From Eledone cirrhosa (lineage: Eukaryota): a DNA stretch of 64,000 nt. Shown one piece after another: positions 57,187 to 64,000 of the stretch. The notes under the pieces are model-generated. The model saw only the letters and a list, made by a program, of their open reading frames with translations. It made no database searches and was not told where the DNA came from. The stretch's first letter is position 1, and every line of letters begins with the position of its first letter. The position numbers and the translations under genes are program-made. The stretch lies in contig OZ024742.1 of the NCBI GenBank assembly GCA_964016885.1, positions 203,298,001 to 203,362,000 on the forward strand, written 5' to 3'.

Positions 57187-58092
57187 TATCAGATACTATA
57201 ACACAAGTTACATTTTACATACTCTATACAACTATCTCACATCTTATACACCCCATATTATAAACAATCCCATCCCAGCACTATAATACTACACCTACTG
57301 AAACCCCTCTCAATACTATAACACAACTACACAACACCTATTCTATAGAATAACCGCCAAATACCATAAATAATAGCCAGACACTTCAGTCATTCTATTC
57401 TTGACCCCCCCCCCCCCAACTGAAACCGCTACATGTGCTATAAGAAGCGTTATGAGAAATCAGTAAAACGTCCTTTATCTCCCTAAATGGAAAAGGTTGA
57501 GCAAGGAGCAAGAAACCTCTTCTCATTGAAACACTCATATAGTTCAAAGGACTCGTTCAGCCCTCAAAAGAACACAATATAGTGGAAGGAAAACGATGAA
57601 AAAAACATAGACATAGACAGCTCACATTTTAAACGATTGCCAATACTATATTATAAGACAATTATGTGATGTTGATGAATCCCTGCCTCCATGGAACAGT
57701 CTGTAAGTTAGATAAACATGTAAGTGGTTGAGTATTCTACAGAGACATATACCCTTACCATAATTCACATCGAAGTTCATGGAGATACAGGAAGACCCCA
57801 TGAATGACAGGTAAAAACCAATCTGAAGGGCGTACAGTTTCCGCTTCCCCCAATTTTACTCACAAGGCTAGGGTCAACCCAAGGTTATGGAAAATGACAC
57901 TCACCCAAAGTACCAAACAGTAAGATCGAACCCGGGAACAAATGATTTCGAAATGAACCTCTTAACCATGCGGCCACAACACTATTATTGCACTGTTTAC
58001 ATATTGCATAATCTGTATCAATAATTTCCAACACATACCCTACAGAATCTATATCCTTCACACACACTCATATATCTCTATATATATATATC

Positions 58093-58129
<37 letters not shown>

Positions 58130-58698
58130 GGAGGGGGTGACGATGTTTTAGAAAATATATTTACTATAATCCCGATTGCTCACAAATAACTCACACAATG
58201 AGATATGGTTTGAACGTGTAATCGAGTGAACGTGTCTCAGAGTGCTAACAAAATGTATATTCGTCATGTAGCAACAGCTGGCATGACATTTTCTACGTGA
58301 TCTATAATACAGGATCGACTATAACAGTATGACAACAGTATAAGATATGGGATATAACACAACTTACACAGCACATACGCTGTACAACCTCTCTCCCGTG
58401 CAGTAAACATAACTGACTTCACACATGCTTTATTTACACTATCACGTTACCTCTCAAATTTGTAACAAATGAAATAATAAATGTTTTAACAACAAAATAA
58501 AGTAATAAAAACAACAACAACAGCAGCAGCAGCAACAACAATAACATCACCAACAAATGCAACAATAACAATATGATCACAGACAAACAACAGATGAAAT
58601 TAGACGTAAGCCAAGCAAACTCTTCACCCACCCAAAACCAATATCGCACACACCCGAGGAAACAGAAGATGCACCTGTTTATGTGAAGTGAATAGCTC

Positions 58699-58764
<66 letters not shown>

Positions 58765-58871
58765 TGGGTTCATACATACTCAGATACAGAAAGATACACC
58801 GTGGATAATATCTGCCTTATGTAGGAGGCAATTGAGATTGATGAAACGATACGAGCGAAAAATTGACGATG

Positions 58872-58935
<64 letters not shown>

Positions 58936-59092
58936 TAATAATAATAATAATAATAATAATCTACGCTCGAGAAGAAGAAAAATAATAGGAAGAAGGAGGA
59001 GGAGGAGGAGGAGGAGGAGGAGGAGGAGAAGAAGAAGAAGAAGAAGAAGAAGAAGAAGAAGAAGAAGAAGAAGAAGAAGAAGAAGAAGAAGA
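58699..59092. repeat. (TAG)n, (AAT)n, (GGA)n and (GAA)n microsatellites
   Basis: Seen directly. Confidence 0.95.
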
Positions 59093-59353
59093 AACAATGC
59101 TACAATATTATTAATAATTATAGCCATAAAAATAAAAGAAAATAGATAGAAAGAGAAAATGAAAGAGAGAGAAATGAAAGAAAGAAGGAAAGGAAAGAAG
59201 AAATATGTGTTGGAAGGGAAAAACAATGAATTAGGAGAATGAAAAAGAACAAAAAGCCTAAAGAGAAATAAATATGCATGATGGGATAGCATAAGTAAGT
59301 TGTATAAACAGAATGTATGATATAACAACTGCACTGTTTGGGATTTTCACCAT

Positions 59354-59419
<66 letters not shown>

Positions 59420-59447
59420 CATACACACATATATGTGTGTGTGTGTG

Positions 59448-59494
<47 letters not shown>

Positions 59495-59685
59495 TGTATA
59501 TATATATATATATATATAATTACACACACACACACACTCATATATATATATATAATGTATATACATATATATATGTATATTTATAACACACTCAAACACA
59601 CATATACACACATATATATATATATATATTCACATACATATTCGTATACATGTATATCTATAACACACAGATACACCCCCCCCCC

Positions 59686-59748
<63 letters not shown>

Positions 59749-60813
59749 ACATGATATAGAACATATAAAGCCAAATGGGCAGCAGGCAGAAGAGCAACAT
59801 CGTATGTGGCGGTGTTCAAGAAAGCGGTAAATTGGTGCAGTACAGCGTGAGTGCAGTGTTCAGTGAACAGCGAATATGAGAGATAGTGAAAGTAGCTGTT
59901 GAAGTTGATTGGATGGATCAGCAGGCAAGAAATGGGGGAGAGGGGAAGGTAGATGAAGTAGCGTGGTTATATGTTGGTGTGGTCGTAGAGTGAAATGGGA
60001 GTGGGGTGGAGAGGAGAAGGAGAAGTGAATTAAAAGAGTGGTGAAGAAGAAGAAGAAGAAGAAGAAGAAGAAGAAGAAGAAGAAGAAGAAGAAGAAGAAG
60101 AAGAAGAAGAAGAATGTGAAGTACGACCTATACTTCCATTGCTTCCATATACTTCCATAGATCTTTTTATAATAAACGAATAAGTGATGGAACCTTTAAA
60201 TGAACAACAGGATTTAAGGACATATCTTTTGTAAATTTCCGATAAGTTTGGCTCAGATTATGTGAAGCATACAAAATCCAGGTTGCATGTGAGAATAACC
60301 TTTGGGGGTTACAAATATGTAAATTGATTCTAATTTGGAAGTCAAGGCCAGCAATTTTCAGGGAAGGGGAAAGTCGATTACATTAACTCCTGTACTTGAC
60401 TGGTACTTCATTTTATCGGTATCGAGAAGTTCAATAGCAAAAGCGAACTTGGTTAGATTTGAACTCAGAACGTAAAAATCCGGAATAAATAGCCCAAAGC
60501 TTTTGACCGATTATATGGAAGGAATGCGTTCCACTGGTCATGTGATCCATTTGCTTCTCTGAGCAGGCACCTGTAGATTTGAGGTCCATCTCTGGGAGAA
60601 GTCCTTTACATCAGGGTGACCGTGACATTTCGTGTGTTGTTACCACGAGAAGAGGTTTCTTAGATTTAATTCTAGTGTTACATCATTTGGTTTTGTTATT
60701 CCTCATATTTTTTAAGTTTCCCTAAAAATACACTCGGTTTGCTTTATTAAAACCAATAAAACCTTCGTCGTTAGTAAAGAAACGATTATTATTATCATCA
60801 TTATTAATATTAA

Positions 60814-61598
60814 GGTGATGGAATGGTAGTATCGGTAGAGCAATACAGAATTATGACCCTTTACTGTCTGAGTTCAAATCTCGGTGGGGTTGCTTTGCAT
60901 TTCATCCTTTCGGGGTCGATGAAATAAGGTAACTGTTATGCATTGGGGTCAATTTAATCGACTTCCCCTCCCCAAAAAATGTTTGACCTTGTGCCTATAC
61001 TAGAAATCATTATTGGATTGGCAGTATCGGTAGAGGGTAGGACGCCATGCTTTCCAGCATAGTTACGTCCCTTTATGATCTGAGTTCAAATCCCGCCGAG
61101 GTTGACTTTGCCTTTCATCCTTACGGGGTCGATAAAATAAAGTACCAGTAATGCACTGGATAATTGCTGGCCTTGTGCCAAAAGTAGATACAATTATTAT
61201 TAAATAGGGTGATGATGGCGGTGGATTGGCAGTATTGGTAGAGGGCCGGACGCCATGCTTTGACGCATAGAGTTACGGCCCTTGCCATTCTGAGTTCAAA
61301 TCCCGCCGAGGTTAACTTTGCCTTTCATCCTTACGGGGTCGATAAAATAAAGTACCAGTAATGCACTTGATAATTGCTGGCCTTGTGCCAAAAGTAGAAA
61401 CAATTATATAGGGTGATGGATTGGCAGAATCGTTTGTGCGATAAACCTTTGCCATATTTGTTTCAGCACCTTCAAACCTCGATTAGGTGAACTTTTTTTT
61501 TCATACTCTTGGGGTTAATGAACTAAACTACCAGGAAAGTACTGGGGTCGATTCCATTGCCTAAATTGTTGGCCTTGTGCCAAAATTAGTAACTATTA
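60814..61598 (+). mobile_element. Head-to-tail array of four SINE family 1 copies
   Basis: Copies start at about 60814, 61014, 61217 and 61411. Confidence 0.85.
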
Positions 61599-61729
61599 TT
61601 ATTGTTGTTGTAGATAGTTGTTGATATATATTTAAGACTAAAAGATTGAAAACAAAAGCTTATTTCAGTTAGTTGTACTTCCTCTGCCAAGTTTACCATC
61701 CAACAGTTTGTGAAATACTTAACATCCCT

Positions 61730-63000
61730 ACCACCACCGCCCCAACCACTATCACCACCACCACCGCCACCATTATTACTGCTACAACAATCATCCCCAC
61801 TACTGACACCATCAACAAACCTACCACCATAACTGCCGTCAGCATTAACACGAACACTATAACCCTCCCAAACACCACCAGTATCACCATAAGCACCACC
61901 CTAATATTCACCATCACTACCACCAATAACAACAGCAACTTCATAACTAACAACAATACCACCATCTCAACCATTATCACAATTAAACCACTAACAACGA
62001 CATCACAACTACGATCATAACATCTACTTCAACAACCATCACCTCAATTACCAACACAACTAAGGCTACCAATATTGACACTACAACTACGACCATGACA
62101 TCTACCTCAACCACCATTACCAGCACGTCAACTACCATCACCAGCACTACCACCACCAGCACCTCAACTAGCCTCACCCCCGACATCACAAGTACCACCA
62201 TAATTTCCGCCTCAACCACCACCACCACCACCACCAACACCACCACAACCACCACCTCAACTACTATTATCACTAACACCACTAACACCGACATCACAGG
62301 TACCACCATCATTTCTGTCTCAACCACCACCACGGCTAACACTACCCCAACTACCATTACCACTAAGACCACTAACAAGAACACTAATACCATCAACACG
62401 GCCGCTGTCACAGACATCCCCAACACTACCACCATTACTACCACCTCAATGAACAACAAAACTTTATACAGCGAGCCAACCAAAAGAGCTTCGAGGTGGA
62501 TTCACCTCATCCTAGAATAAGTCTCCTTCAGAATCCCGCCATGTCATCTCAAATAAGGAAACACTATATTGGGTAACATAGTCCTACACCCCATTAAAAT
62601 CACAGGATGGCCAGGGCTGGAACACCTTACACAAACAATCTGTTCCATCAGAGTTGATCTGGGTTTCAAAAACTACAATGGTACCATCAACAATGACAAC
62701 ACAAACATTATCACCAGCAACAACAACAGTAAAAACAATATCACAGCACCAGCACCATCAACACCAATACCAACAGTTAAAACTACGATATTTACACAAG
62801 CAACAACAGTAACACTGACAACAATAACAACACCAGCAAAACAATACCCACAGCAACAATAACAACACCATGACCAGCATCACCAACGACAATAACATCA
62901 AGAAAATCACTTCCAATGAAAACAACAATAATAACAACGTCAACACCATCAACAGAAACAAAGCAACAACAGCAACTCAAACAACAAGTAAAATAACACC
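61730..63000. repeat. Degenerate (ACC/ACT/AAC)n low-complexity region
   Basis: Seen directly; source of the Thr-rich and Val-rich ORFs. Confidence 0.85.
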
Positions 63001-63064
63001 ATATATGCATTCCACACACATATCCCAGATATACTGTATTATACTATCTATAGTCTAAAGTCTG

Positions 63065-63569
<505 letters not shown>

Positions 63570-64000
63570 ACGAGTGCGTGTGCGTGTGTATATATATACA
63601 CACACACATATATAGGAGAAGAGAAAAGGAGAAGGTGAATTGAGGAAGAAAGTGAATGGGTGTAGAATAAAATGATCTGTATGTGTGTGTAGAATTAGTT
63701 ATGAGTATGTATGGTGTTAGTGAGTTTGTGTACTAATCTACGTATGATATGTATGATATATATAGTCTATGTAAATGTATAGATGAAAGAAATTAGTGTA
63801 TGTAGTCTGTAAGGTGTCAATATATACATAGTAGTTGGTGTATTATGTGTTGTGTTAAGAAGTGATGTACTAGAGTGTAGAGATGGAGTTAGATAAACCT
63901 GATGAATCTGTTCAAACCAAACGCCTTGCAATCCCATGTGACAGCGGTAAGCAGGACAGCCATGTATTAATTAAAGAGATGTCTCGTAGATGTTTAGTGA

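Noticed and set aside
61217-61310. tRNA gene
   Set aside because: The A/B boxes belong to a SINE head; no cloverleaf, and a SINE body follows
61673-62520. Thr-rich mucin-like ORFs
   Set aside because: Degenerate ACC/ACT repeats with frame changes and no splice or domain support

Overview
Eukaryotic, AT-rich, intergenic or intronic DNA packed with microsatellites and transposons. The repeat content suggests a coleoid cephalopod such as Octopus, but this is an inference. No host protein-coding gene can be supported, and most ORFs in the track are translations of microsatellites. The real coding remnants are all retroelements: Penelope-like elements (PLE; RT plus GIY-YIG) at 1.8-6.2 kb and 11-12 kb, three R4/Dong-type RLE LINEs with a (TACA)n-embedded array of their 3' ends, RTE fragments (one ending in three C2H2 fingers) and a Tx1/L1 fragment. 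There are also two tRNA-derived SINE families, two hAT MITEs and a probable non-autonomous Helitron. The main signal outside the ORF track is a dense set of type I hammerhead ribozyme (HHR) motifs read by eye. Nine have a perfect CUGANGA/GAAA/NUH core, paired helix I and a mostly palindromic helix III, and several more are degenerate. They lie in at least 8 unrelated sequence families, each inserted into (TA)n. Two sit in PLE 3' ends. Others sit in small non-coding units of about 320-525 nt that show head-to-tail junctions and a fold-back (inverted) 5' copy. This looks like a retrozyme-like system of circular or tandem RNAs mobilised by the local PLEs. Ribozyme activity and novelty are untested.
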